From: an uncultured bacterium
GTDB lineage: Bacteria > Patescibacteriota > Minisyncoccia > Phycocordibacterales > UBA6065
Reading direction: 5' to 3'
Assembly (NCBI GenBank): GCA_966243015.1
Contig: CBIMES010000001.1
Coordinates: forward strand, 426,076-490,075
Length of the DNA stretch: 64,000 nt
The stretch's first letter is position 1. Each line of letters opens with the position of its first letter. Positions 9,190 to 18,085 of the stretch are shown piece after piece. A model generated the notes under the pieces. That model did no database searches and had not been told where the DNA came from. It saw only the letters and a list, made by a program, of their open reading frames with translations. The position numbers and the translations under genes are program-made.

Positions 9190-12100
9190 CTAGTTGCCAA
9201 TCGCGACCCTCGTCCTTGCGCCGAAGTACCCCTCTGCCGGCGAGATACCCTTGGCAGACTGGAATCGCGAGAGAGCCGACCTCGTGGCGGGACCGAAGGT
9301 TGTCGTCTCAAGGCCCGGTGAACCAGCGCCCGAAACGGACACCACAAAACCATTCTCGTTGAGATATCGCTGAAGGAGTCTAATGCACGAGCCAGTTGAT
9401 CCGACCTGCATATCTGGACAAGTTCCAAGCGACTCGGGCTCAGGTGAAGGAGCTGCGGAAGCAGAAGGGATCAAATTGAGTGGGATAACGAGACCATTTA
9501 CCGTCACGCTCGCAGGCGCGGAAGGCCCAAGAAGCACGCTGAGGAGGCGAGCCAACACCGACCGGTCGATAGAGACAGAGACAGTCGGAACCACGGATGG
9601 CGCGACGACGGTCGCGGTCGTGAACGATGCGACATTCGAGGCCCTGCGAGCAGAGCTACCCGAAGAAGCTCGTGGCGGTGCCGAAGACTGATTGTCCGAA
9701 CCTTCAGATGACGGGCTCGAGAACGAGAATGAAACAGTCCTGGTTGAAGAACCTGTCGAACTTGCCCCTCGAACAGTGAGGGTCACATTGCCAGCGGATG
9801 GAGCAGCAATATCCGAACCACCGTTTGAACAGACCAAGTCCGAGAACGAAACACCGTCAAAGGAATAGGCGCAAGATTCAGAGTTTCCCCAAGAAATCGA
9901 AGGCGACCAGGAGTTCAGTGTAGAGGAAGCGACAGGAGATCCGATTGAAAGGGTCGGGGCGACCTCCGGCACGAATGAGCCGCCGTTTCGCGCGATAAAG
10001 AGAGTTGTTTCATTGTAATCGCTGTCCTGGAGATCTACCTGAGCACCGTCTGCAATCACCGTCCATGGGCCCTGTTCGTCAAATATAAATTCATGATCCG
10101 TATCCGAGATGATCAGACGTATCCTGGCGCCATCGATATCTCCACCCGAAAAAGAAGCACCGTCCCCCACGAACGTTGCGTCTCCCGTTATCGTGCCGTA
10201 GCTAGATGAATTATCATAGAATTCAGCAGACCCCTCTATGATTCCATCGTTTGAAGAATTATCCCTAAAGACGGCATCCCCGAAAATCGTCCCTTGATTC
10301 TGGGCGTACTCTCTGAATACGGCACCGTCAGCAACCGTCAAATCAATCGAGTTGTAACCATTGATGAATTCAGCCGACTTAACCGATGCGGGATCACCCG
10401 AATTTCCATACACAGTGCTCTGTACGATGAGGACATGATCATTTATACCAGGAATTGATGTCTCGTTAACACTCAGAGTTAAATCAGTCCACCAATTGTC
10501 CTGATTATTCCAATCACCGTCACCGGTGTCGTAGTCGTTGAAATAGAAGCCGTCATCAGGGTACCCGTGATACGTGATGGTACCGTATACGCTACCATCC
10601 AAAGGAAGTTCAACGGGGTAATATACATCCACATTACCCTCAACGACACCTTCGTGATAGGCCTCGACGCCTCTAAACTCGGCATTTCCCACAACCGTGC
10701 CGTCATTGCCGGAATCATTGAATATGGCATTACCCCCTATGATTCCATGGGCTTGACTTTCTGAAAGAAACTCGGCATCGCCCGTAATAGTGCCAAGCAT
10801 ATACGAATCCTCTTCAAACAAGGCGTCTCCCGTTATAGTCGCCCCATCTAGATAAGCCCCGTTCTGGAATGTTGCGAGACCAGTCACCGTAACATCGACA
10901 TAAAGAGTGCTGTCGATTACAAAGAGATTGGCAACGGCGGTCGTTGATCCCCCCGAATCACTATCAACCGAGTCCAAGAGAACGACATCGTCAGATGAAT
11001 TCGGGATTCTTCCCGCGTTTTCCGAAAGGTCGGGGCCCGTCCACCACAAGTCGGGCTCGTTCCAGTCATAATCATCTTCCCACGATTCAGGCACGTAGTA
11101 ATAAAGACCGTCTGGGTAGCCATGGAAAGTTGAAGTGCCCCCTACCGTGGCGCGAAACGGAAGCTCAACCGGAGTATACACGTCAAGATTACCCTCAATA
11201 ACAACCCCATCCGGCGAATCATCAACCCAGCTGTCGCCCCTTGCGGAAACGTTGCCTCGAATAAGGGTCCCGTACCCGAGAGCCGAGTCGATAAATTCCG
11301 CGTCACCCTTCACTTCACCGTAATTGTAAGCATCATTGATGAAACGCGCGTCCGTCGGAACCACAGCACCCTCATCATTTGCGTGACCATCGAATATAAA
11401 GAGCGTGATCTCTTGATCATCAGGACCGTACAAGGTTCCGCCGATGGATGGCTGGTAGGTGTTGTTATTGATGGTGAGCGTCGAGGTGCTGAAGGGGCCG
11501 TAATAAAGCGTCTCGACATAGGCATTGCCCGTAACCTCTATGTCACCCATGCTGATTCCCGTTCCAAAAGAGGCGTTTCCAATGACGCGATCTACCTGCA
11601 AGCCCGCATACTCCGAGTCTTCCTGCTGAGTGTTAACGAAAGACACACCCCTTTCAAGGGCCTCGCCGGTAAGACCCGTCGAGTCGATAGAATCGACGGG
11701 ATAGTACACCGAAAAATCAATAAGGGACGCGTCTAATACTGGCGCGACAGGGCCCAGAAGACGCGCGTCCATCTCGTTATGCGTTCCCGGTACCTCACCA
11801 GCGGGAACCGTGTGCGATTCGTCTGAATACCAATTATCGACATTGAACCAATCGGTGTCGCCCGCAGAGTACCAGTAGTAGTAACCATCGGTGACAGTGA
11901 AAAGCTCGGAGGCAACCGTGGCCTCATTGCCGTTCTCATCCGTGCCCCGAACCGTGAGAGTGTGCTGGCCGATAGAGGGAGCCGGAATATCATACCCCGC
12001 CGCCTCACAGTCAACGGCCTGGTAGCTTTCCTCATCAAACGCATACTCGCAAACCGCCGAGTCTCCCCACGACACACCAATGTCCCATGCGCTTGATTTG

Positions 12101-13389
12101 ATCGAGGAGCCCGGGCTCATAAAATCACCTAACTGCAGATCCGGAGGAGTGACATCGTTGTAGGTAAAGGAGACCGAGGTCGAGGTTGCCTCTCCGTTCT
12201 CATCGAGAAATATCGACAGGGTGTAATCACCGTTTGTCAGGACCTCATCCGAAAGCTCGTCGCCAGTGCTGCCGCAACTCACCACCTGTCGAGGCAACTC
12301 ATTTAACTGATACTCACAGACGGAACCGTCATCGGGACCGCCGAAGGAAATCAAAGGGTTCCACTCTCCCTCGCCGATAACGGACAAATTTGTCGGGCTC
12401 GAAATAGAAATGGTCGGTACGCCCCAATTAAACCCTATAATAGCGCCTGAACGTATGGCATAGAAGGTTTTGCCGTCCGAAGAAAAGGGAGAAACACCTC
12501 CCCATTGCTGAAACGGACTCTTTTGGCCCCAGGTCTGACCGCCGTCGAATGAGGCATACGGCGAACCTAACCCGCCGAACGAAACCATTCTCTCGCCATC
12601 GGCTGAGACTGACACATATAAACTCGAGGCGCCGGTATCCGAGGTTGACGACCAGCTTGAGCCGGAGTCACGGGAGTACCGCAGGTAGTCGTTGCTTGAT
12701 CCGACGACGACTGTCGAACCATCAGCGGAAACGGAGGCCCCACGCCAAAGACCGAGGCCAACCTCTGAGACGGCGTCCCAGGAGGCTCCCGAGTCAGTCG
12801 AGAGATACGCTGACCCAGAATCCTTCGTGGCAGCAATCACACTGCCGTCATCGGACACGGCGACATCGAACCAGTTGCCTGAGCCCGAAGCGCTCGAGGT
12901 CGCCCAGGTCGAACCGGAATCAGAGGATATAAATATATATTCGTCACTTGCGAGAGCCACGGAAGACCCGTCGCCCGATACCGCCACGGACCTCCACGGG
13001 ACGCCCGTGGGAAGACCCGTGGAAATTGTGTTCCAGGAGTTTCCGAGGTCCTCGGAAGAGTATGGCCCTCCGTTCAGACCAACCGCGACCACAAGAGATT
13101 CGTCGCGAGACATGGCGATATCACTCCATTGGGTTGAGGGAGCATCTTTTCTCTGAATAAACGCGCTCCCCCCAATCTTTTCATAGAACCAGACGTAGTC
13201 ATTGCTTGACTGATTGACGGCGACGACATTGTTTCCATCTCCGGAAGACGAGAGGGCCGTCCACGAACCGTTGAGGCCCGTGATGAAATTTTGGAAGGCG
13301 GCGAAAGCGTGGCCTGCCGATGACAGAAAAGCCATCCCCATCAAGATGACAGCGACGACGCGAAAAAATCTTTTTTTCAAGGTGAACAT
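9190..13389 (-). CDS. Giant secreted surface protein (1400 aa): signal peptide, BNR/Asp-box propeller repeats, Ig-like modules, beta-helix-like 16-aa repeats, Ser/Ala/Pro linker, C-terminal peptidoglycan-binding domain
   Basis: Start trimmed to MFTLKKRFFRVVAVILMGMAFLSSAGHAFAAF, a signal peptide with ATG at 13389. Repeated SxDxGxTW boxes (SEDLGNSW, SSDSGSTW, STDSGASW, SRDSGSSW, SFDGGQTW). Repeats of type GTITGDAEFLSESQAHGIIGGNAIFNDSGNDG. C-terminal LLQRYLNENGF...FGPATRSALSRFQSAKGI matches PG_binding_1. Confidence 0.85.
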   Translation of the reverse strand: MFTLKKRFFRVVAVILMGMAFLSSAGHAFAAFQNFITGLNGSWTALSSSGDGNNVVAVNQSSNDYVWFYEKIGGSAFIQRKDAPSTQWSDIAMSRDESLVVAVGLNGGPYSSEDLGNSWNTISTGLPTGVPWRSVAVSGDGSSVALASDEYIFISSDSGSTWATSSASGSGNWFDVAVSDDGSVIAATKDSGSAYLSTDSGASWDAVSEVGLGLWRGASVSADGSTVVVGSSNDYLRYSRDSGSSWSSTSDTGASSLYVSVSADGERMVSFGGLGSPYASFDGGQTWGQKSPFQQWGGVSPFSSDGKTFYAIRSGAIIGFNWGVPTISISSPTNLSVIGEGEWNPLISFGGPDDGSVCEYQLNELPRQVVSCGSTGDELSDEVLTNGDYTLSIFLDENGEATSTSVSFTYNDVTPPDLQLGDFMSPGSSIKSSAWDIGVSWGDSAVCEYAFDEESYQAVDCEAAGYDIPAPSIGQHTLTVRGTDENGNEATVASELFTVTDGYYYWYSAGDTDWFNVDNWYSDESHTVPAGEVPGTHNEMDARLLGPVAPVLDASLIDFSVYYPVDSIDSTGLTGEALERGVSFVNTQQEDSEYAGLQVDRVIGNASFGTGISMGDIEVTGNAYVETLYYGPFSTSTLTINNNTYQPSIGGTLYGPDDQEITLFIFDGHANDEGAVVPTDARFINDAYNYGEVKGDAEFIDSALGYGTLIRGNVSARGDSWVDDSPDGVVIEGNLDVYTPVELPFRATVGGTSTFHGYPDGLYYYVPESWEDDYDWNEPDLWWTGPDLSENAGRIPNSSDDVVLLDSVDSDSGGSTTAVANLFVIDSTLYVDVTVTGLATFQNGAYLDGATITGDALFEEDSYMLGTITGDAEFLSESQAHGIIGGNAIFNDSGNDGTVVGNAEFRGVEAYHEGVVEGNVDVYYPVELPLDGSVYGTITYHGYPDDGFYFNDYDTGDGDWNNQDNWWTDLTLSVNETSIPGINDHVLIVQSTVYGNSGDPASVKSAEFINGYNSIDLTVADGAVFREYAQNQGTIFGDAVFRDNSSNDGIIEGSAEFYDNSSSYGTITGDATFVGDGASFSGGDIDGARIRLIISDTDHEFIFDEQGPWTVIADGAQVDLQDSDYNETTLFIARNGGSFVPEVAPTLSIGSPVASSTLNSWSPSISWGNSESCAYSFDGVSFSDLVCSNGGSDIAAPSAGNVTLTVRGASSTGSSTRTVSFSFSSPSSEGSDNQSSAPPRASSGSSARRASNVASFTTATVVAPSVVPTVSVSIDRSVLARLLSVLLGPSAPASVTVNGLVIPLNLIPSASAAPSPEPESLGTCPDMQVGSTGSCIRLLQRYLNENGFVVSVSGAGSPGLETTTFGPATRSALSRFQSAKGISPAEGYFGARTRVAIGN

Positions 13390-13471
13390 AATGCAGAAAT
13401 TATAACACCACCCTTCACAAAAAAACACCGAGGGCCATTTACCCATAAAACCTGGCGCGCCCTTAAACCAC

Positions 13472-13815
13472 GGAGGATGAGAGATTCTGTCACGGGTAAT
13501 TTTCTGCCGAAAATTCCCGCGGCCCCGCCTCGTGCCGTCGCGTTCCTGCCTTCCCATAACTCATCCCCACGCAAAAGAAAAAACCGGTCAGACGGCCATG
13601 GGACGTCCTCTCGGTCTTTTGCGGAGGATGAGAGATTCGGTCCTTACAGGACCAGTACCCACGGTTGGATTTTACCTTCGCCGGGTACGGCTCGATAAAA
13701 TCTCAACCGAGCTTCGAATCTCTCACGCAGACGCAACGCGTCTGCTATCCTCCGCTTAATAAAATCGCCGCCATACGGCGGGATTTTAAAGGCGGAGGAT
13801 GAGAGATTCGAACTC
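13472..13815. repeat. Array of tRNA-Ser 3'-end-derived repeats (GGAGGATGAGAGATTC): direct copies at 13472-13487 and 13621-13640, the authentic tRNA 3' end at 13793-13815, and an inverted copy with a 22-nt hairpin insertion at 13711-13757
   Basis: Read directly. 13621-13757 forms a 137-bp unit with 19-bp terminal inverted repeats. Confidence 0.7.
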
Positions 13816-13879
13816 TCGGTGCCATTTCTGACACACAGTCTTTCCAGGACTGCGCACTAGACCACTATGCGAATCCTCC
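13793..13879 (-). tRNA. tRNA-Ser (anticodon GGA), class II with long variable arm; CCA not encoded
   Basis: Manual fold: acceptor GGAGGAT/ATCCTCC, D-stem GCA/TGC, anticodon stem CAGTC/GACTG with loop CTGGAAA, 5-bp variable stem, T-arm GAGAG-TTCGAAT-CTCTC. Confidence 0.8.
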
Positions 13880-13950
13880 GTGTCCTATGAGAATAGCCGA
13901 AAATCAGAGATAAGCAAAGGGCGGTACGTGGCACGCCAGGCACAGGCGCA

Positions 13951-14715
13951 TTACCATCGGCCGCTTGATCCGCCGCCTCCCGAGCTCCCGCCCCCGAATC
14001 CGCCAAAGCCCCCGCCCCTGCCCGATCCGCCACGACCGCCCATACCGCCCAAGAGAAGGCCCGCGAGGAAATCACCGCCCGTCCCCTTGCCCGTTCCGCC
14101 GCGTCCGCCGCCAAGCCTCGCGGCAACAAGAAAGATGAGAATCATGACAATCCAGAAGAGCATGAACTCGCGTTTGTTTTTGCCCGCCTCGATCTCGTCG
14201 GCAGCCTGCTGATCGGTGACGTACTGTGCAAAGTCAGGATCTCCCTCGACGAGGGCAATAAGGGCGTCAACGCCCGCGTTTATGCCGTCATAGTACTTTC
14301 CCTCCGCGAATCGCGGCACGACAAGGGTCCGCATGACGACCGAGGAGGCCGCGTCGGTCACGACAGGCTCCATGCCGTAGCCAACCTCGATGCGAGCCTC
14401 GCGATCATTAGGCGCCACGAGGAAGAGGAGGCCGTTGTCCTTGAGCTCCTTGCCGATTCCCCACTCCTCAAAGAGCTTGACCGCATAGTTTTCGATCGTG
14501 TCGCCGCCAAGGGACGGCACGGTTACTACCGCGAGCTCGACCCCTGCCGGCCTCTCGAAATTGCCAATCTTGTTCTCGAGGTATGCCCTTTCCTCGGACG
14601 AGAGGATGCTGGCGAAGTCGTTCACGAATCCCGAGGGCCTACCTGGGCTCTCATACGCCAAAAGGGGCTGCGCGAGGCACAGACCCGTGATGATGGCGAG
14701 GAGAATCCTCTTCAT
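13951..14715 (-). CDS. TPM-domain (YgcG-like) protein with Gly-rich C-terminal tail
   Basis: Signal peptide, TPM domain, TM helix and GGRGG-rich tail. Forms the classic pair with the upstream LemA gene. Confidence 0.85.
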   Translation of the reverse strand: MKRILLAIITGLCLAQPLLAYESPGRPSGFVNDFASILSSEERAYLENKIGNFERPAGVELAVVTVPSLGGDTIENYAVKLFEEWGIGKELKDNGLLFLVAPNDREARIEVGYGMEPVVTDAASSVVMRTLVVPRFAEGKYYDGINAGVDALIALVEGDPDFAQYVTDQQAADEIEAGKNKREFMLFWIVMILIFLVAARLGGGRGGTGKGTGGDFLAGLLLGGMGGRGGSGRGGGFGGFGGGSSGGGGSSGRW

Positions 14716-14723
14716 GCGGCCTT

Positions 14724-15278
14724 CTAGAAATTAACCGTCGGGGCAGTCTCGGATCCCGCAGCAGCCTGGAAGTAGGCCTTGGTGTCATATCCGAAGGCTC
14801 CGGCTATAACCGAGCTTGGGAAACGCTTTGCGACGAGATTGTACGCGCGGACGGAGTCATTGTATCGGCCGCGCTCGACCGAGATGCGATTCTCGGTTCC
14901 CTCGATCTGGGCCATGAGGGTCTGAACGCTGTTAATCGACTTGAGCTCTGGATAGTTCTCCATGACGACGAGGAGTCGCGCGAACGCGGACTCTACCTCG
15001 GTCGCGGCCTGAGCCTTCTCGTCGACGCTCGACGCGCCGGCGTATCGGGTGCGGGCGTCAGCGAGAGCGCCGAAGACCGCCTCCTCCTGCTTCATGGCCC
15101 CTTTTACCGAGTTCACAAGGTTCGGGATAAGGTCAACTCGCCTCTGGTACTGGGTCTCCACCTGGGCCCACTGAGTATCAACGGACTCAGAGACCGACAC
15201 GAGCTTGTTATAGGTGACAAAACCGTAGCCAAGCACGAGAACCGCGACAACAACAAGGGCAATGATGATTTTCTTCAT
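14724..15278 (-). CDS. LemA-family protein
   Basis: N-terminal TM helix plus LemA motifs (YNKLV...QWAQVETQYQRRVDLIPNLV...RYNDSVRAYN). Confidence 0.9.
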   Translation of the reverse strand: MKKIIIALVVVAVLVLGYGFVTYNKLVSVSESVDTQWAQVETQYQRRVDLIPNLVNSVKGAMKQEEAVFGALADARTRYAGASSVDEKAQAATEVESAFARLLVVMENYPELKSINSVQTLMAQIEGTENRISVERGRYNDSVRAYNLVAKRFPSSVIAGAFGYDTKAYFQAAAGSETAPTVNF

Positions 15279-15293
15279 ATATATAAGTATGTA

Positions 15294-15932
15294 CTAAATC
15301 GATCGAAACACAAAGAGAGACAAGAGGGCGAAGACCACGGCCGCATAGAGCACGTAGGTGGCGGCAGTGAGAAGGGCTGGAACGCCGAAAAGCATCGAGA
15401 ACAGAAGAAGGATAATACCAACGCACTGAAGAATCATCTTGCTCTTGCCCATGGTCTTGGCCGGTACAATCCTGCCCTTGTAGCGGAAATACGCCGATGA
15501 GACGAGGAAGATCTCGATAATGACGATGGCGAGGGCGAGATAAACGCTGATATGCTTCGATATGACAATGGTCGCCACGCTGCCGATAAGAAGCTTGTCC
15601 GCGATAGGGTCATACAAAGTTCCCCAGGTGGTTACCTTCCTTTTGGTGCGTGCCAGCGCGCCGTCCAAGGCGTCGGAGAAGGCCGAGAACAGGAACAGGA
15701 TGGTCCCCGCGAGATAGAAGTTGAGGGCGAACAGGAGGGCGACGAAAGGTATCGAGATCAGCCTGAATTTGGTGATCTGGTTCGGGGTTGTGCCGGCAGG
15801 GAGAATCGGGAGGAAGGTCTTTGCCAGGAAACGGTCGATGGGTGTGACCCTCGTGAGGTACGTCACCTTGGTTTCCGGCACGTCCAGATAGCGGTCGAGG
15901 AAGGTAAGTATGGGGTTCTGGTGCTGTTCCAT
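15294..15932 (-). CDS. CDP-alcohol phosphatidyltransferase family protein
   Basis: DALDGALAR...G...DPIADK signature with multiple TM helices. Confidence 0.85.
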   Translation of the reverse strand: MEQHQNPILTFLDRYLDVPETKVTYLTRVTPIDRFLAKTFLPILPAGTTPNQITKFRLISIPFVALLFALNFYLAGTILFLFSAFSDALDGALARTKRKVTTWGTLYDPIADKLLIGSVATIVISKHISVYLALAIVIIEIFLVSSAYFRYKGRIVPAKTMGKSKMILQCVGIILLLFSMLFGVPALLTAATYVLYAAVVFALLSLFVFRSI

Positions 15933-15994
15933 CAGAGCCTCACTATACCATGAAGGATTTGCGGCCGCATGCCTTTTGTGCTAGGATGTAGCGC

Positions 15995-16228
15995 ATGAGT
16001 ACGATTTCTAGCATACTGCCGTACGTACAGATCGCCATCTCGGCCCTCCTTATCGTCGTCATCCTGCTCCAGCAGTCTGGCGCGATGAACGGAGGCGCCC
16101 TCGGAGGCGCTGACAACGCTGGCTCGGTATTCCACACCCGACGAGGCTTCGAGAAGCTTCTCTTCATCTCCACCATTGTTCTCGGAGTGCTTTTCGCCCT
16201 CTCGGCCTTTGCTGCGCTCGTACTCTAG
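15995..16228 (+). CDS. secG: Preprotein translocase subunit SecG
   Basis: 77 aa with two TM helices and the ILLQQSGAMNGGALGG Gly-rich loop typical of SecG. Confidence 0.8.
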   Translation: MSTISSILPYVQIAISALLIVVILLQQSGAMNGGALGGADNAGSVFHTRRGFEKLLFISTIVLGVLFALSAFAALVL

Positions 16229-16270
16229 TCTCCCCTTACCCCTTTAACCCAACCTGCTCGGCAGGATCTC

Positions 16271-18052
16271 ATGGAACAAGGTTCTCCCTCTCAGAGCGCG
16301 CTTACGCGCGAGCGCTCTATTAAGGCGCTTGACGGTATAGAGTCTCTCTACAGATCATTCACCATAACCGAGAAAGTCATCTTCCTCGTAGCCGGAGGCA
16401 TTTTCGCCCTCGGCACCCTTTCGCTTCTTTATAAGATAAACGAGCAGTTCGTCGTCGAGATTCCGACCCGCGGAGGTTCCCTCACCGAGGGCATCATCGG
16501 CACGCCCCGCTTCATCAATCCGCTCCTCGCGACCTCTGACGCCGACAAGGACCTTTCGACGCTTGTCTACTCGGGACTTCTCAAGCGAGAGGCCTCGGGC
16601 GAGCTCGTGCCAGACCTCGCCGAGAGGTACGAGGTGTCCGAGGACGGCCTCGTCTACTCGTTCGTCATCAGAAACGACGCAAAGTTCCACGACGGAACGC
16701 CCGTGACCGCCGACGACGTCGAGTTCACCGTGCTCAAGGCTCAGGACGACACGCTCAAGAGCCCGCGTCAGATCAACTGGGACGGCGTCACCGTAAACAA
16801 GACCGGGACGCACGAGGTCTCGTTCACCCTCAAGAAGCCGTATGCCCCATTCTCCGCAAACCTTACCCTCGGCATCCTGCCAAAGCACGTCTGGCAGAAC
16901 TTTCAGAGTGACCAGTTCCCGTTCAGCTCCTACAACATCGAGCCTGTCGGTTCGGGTCCCTATAAAATCGCCTCGGTGCGACGCTCGAGCCAGGGTATCC
17001 CCGTCTCAATCAAGCTTAAGGCAAACAAGTCGTACGCGCTCGGAGAGCCGCACATAAGCGAGCTCACCTTCGCGTTCTACGGAAACGACAAGGCCCTCCA
17101 GGAGGCAATCGCCGGCGGAGAGGTCGAGAGCGGCTCGAACCTGAGCCCGTCGTCCGCACAGGCCCTCGCGGACGAGAGCCACATCATCGAGGCCCCTCTC
17201 ACCCGAGTCTTCGGCGTCTTCTTCAACCAGAACAACAAGGAGATCCTCGCGCACAAGGCGCTTCGACAGGCCCTCGACCTCTCGGTCGACAAGCAGGACA
17301 TCATCGACAACGTACTCATGGGATACGGAAGCATCGCCACCGAGCCCCTCCCCCCTTCATTTGACGCGGCGCCGGCCGCCGAGGCCCCGTCAGAGGACGC
17401 GACCTCGACCCGACTGGCCAAGATCGAAAAGGCCCAGGGACTCCTCGGCAAGGACGGTTGGGTGAAAAACGACGAGGGACTCCTCGAGTCAAAGCCAAAG
17501 TCAGGAGCTTCAACCACCCTCTCGTTCTCGCTCTCGACGGCAAACATCCCCGAGCTCGTCGACGCGGCGCGGCACATCGAGGGAAACTGGAAGGAGCTGG
17601 GTATCTCGACCGACATCAAGGTCTTCGAGCCGAGCGACCTCAATCAGACCGTCATCCGACCCCGCAAGTACGAGGCCCTGCTCTTCGGCATGGTTACCGG
17701 CGCGAATCCAGACCTGTACGCCTTCTGGCACTCATCGCAGCGCAACGACCCGGGCCTGAACATCGCCCTTTACACGAACGCCCGCGCGGACAAGATCCTC
17801 GAGACCATGCGCCAGGCAAACCCCGCAGACGTCCCCGCCCAGTACCAGGAGTTTGCCGCGGAGATAGCCGCCGACAGTCCCGCAGTCTTCCTCTGGAGCC
17901 CGAACTTCATCTACGCGATCCCCGAGAAAGTCCACGGAGTAGAGCTTCAGCAGATCACCAGCCCAAGCGACCGCTTCGTAAACATAGAAGACTGGTACAT
18001 CAACACGGACCGGGTATGGCGCATTTTCACCACCAATACAAACAAGGAATAA
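16271..18052 (+). CDS. ABC transporter substrate-binding protein, family 5 (oligopeptide/nickel type), membrane-anchored
   Basis: N-terminal TM anchor followed by an SBP_bac_5-like body (YSGLLKREASGELVPDLAE..., FHDGTPVTADDVEFT). Confidence 0.85.
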   Translation: MEQGSPSQSALTRERSIKALDGIESLYRSFTITEKVIFLVAGGIFALGTLSLLYKINEQFVVEIPTRGGSLTEGIIGTPRFINPLLATSDADKDLSTLVYSGLLKREASGELVPDLAERYEVSEDGLVYSFVIRNDAKFHDGTPVTADDVEFTVLKAQDDTLKSPRQINWDGVTVNKTGTHEVSFTLKKPYAPFSANLTLGILPKHVWQNFQSDQFPFSSYNIEPVGSGPYKIASVRRSSQGIPVSIKLKANKSYALGEPHISELTFAFYGNDKALQEAIAGGEVESGSNLSPSSAQALADESHIIEAPLTRVFGVFFNQNNKEILAHKALRQALDLSVDKQDIIDNVLMGYGSIATEPLPPSFDAAPAAEAPSEDATSTRLAKIEKAQGLLGKDGWVKNDEGLLESKPKSGASTTLSFSLSTANIPELVDAARHIEGNWKELGISTDIKVFEPSDLNQTVIRPRKYEALLFGMVTGANPDLYAFWHSSQRNDPGLNIALYTNARADKILETMRQANPADVPAQYQEFAAEIAADSPAVFLWSPNFIYAIPEKVHGVELQQITSPSDRFVNIEDWYINTDRVWRIFTTNTNKE

Positions 18053-18085
18053 TCAATTAATCATCACTTTATTACCACCACTTAC

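Noticed and set aside
13621-13757. Possible second tRNA or tmRNA-like gene built from the repeated tRNA-Ser 3' end
   Set aside because: There is no T-loop or anticodon arm. The structure is a long hairpin with TIRs, so I report it as a repeat element instead.
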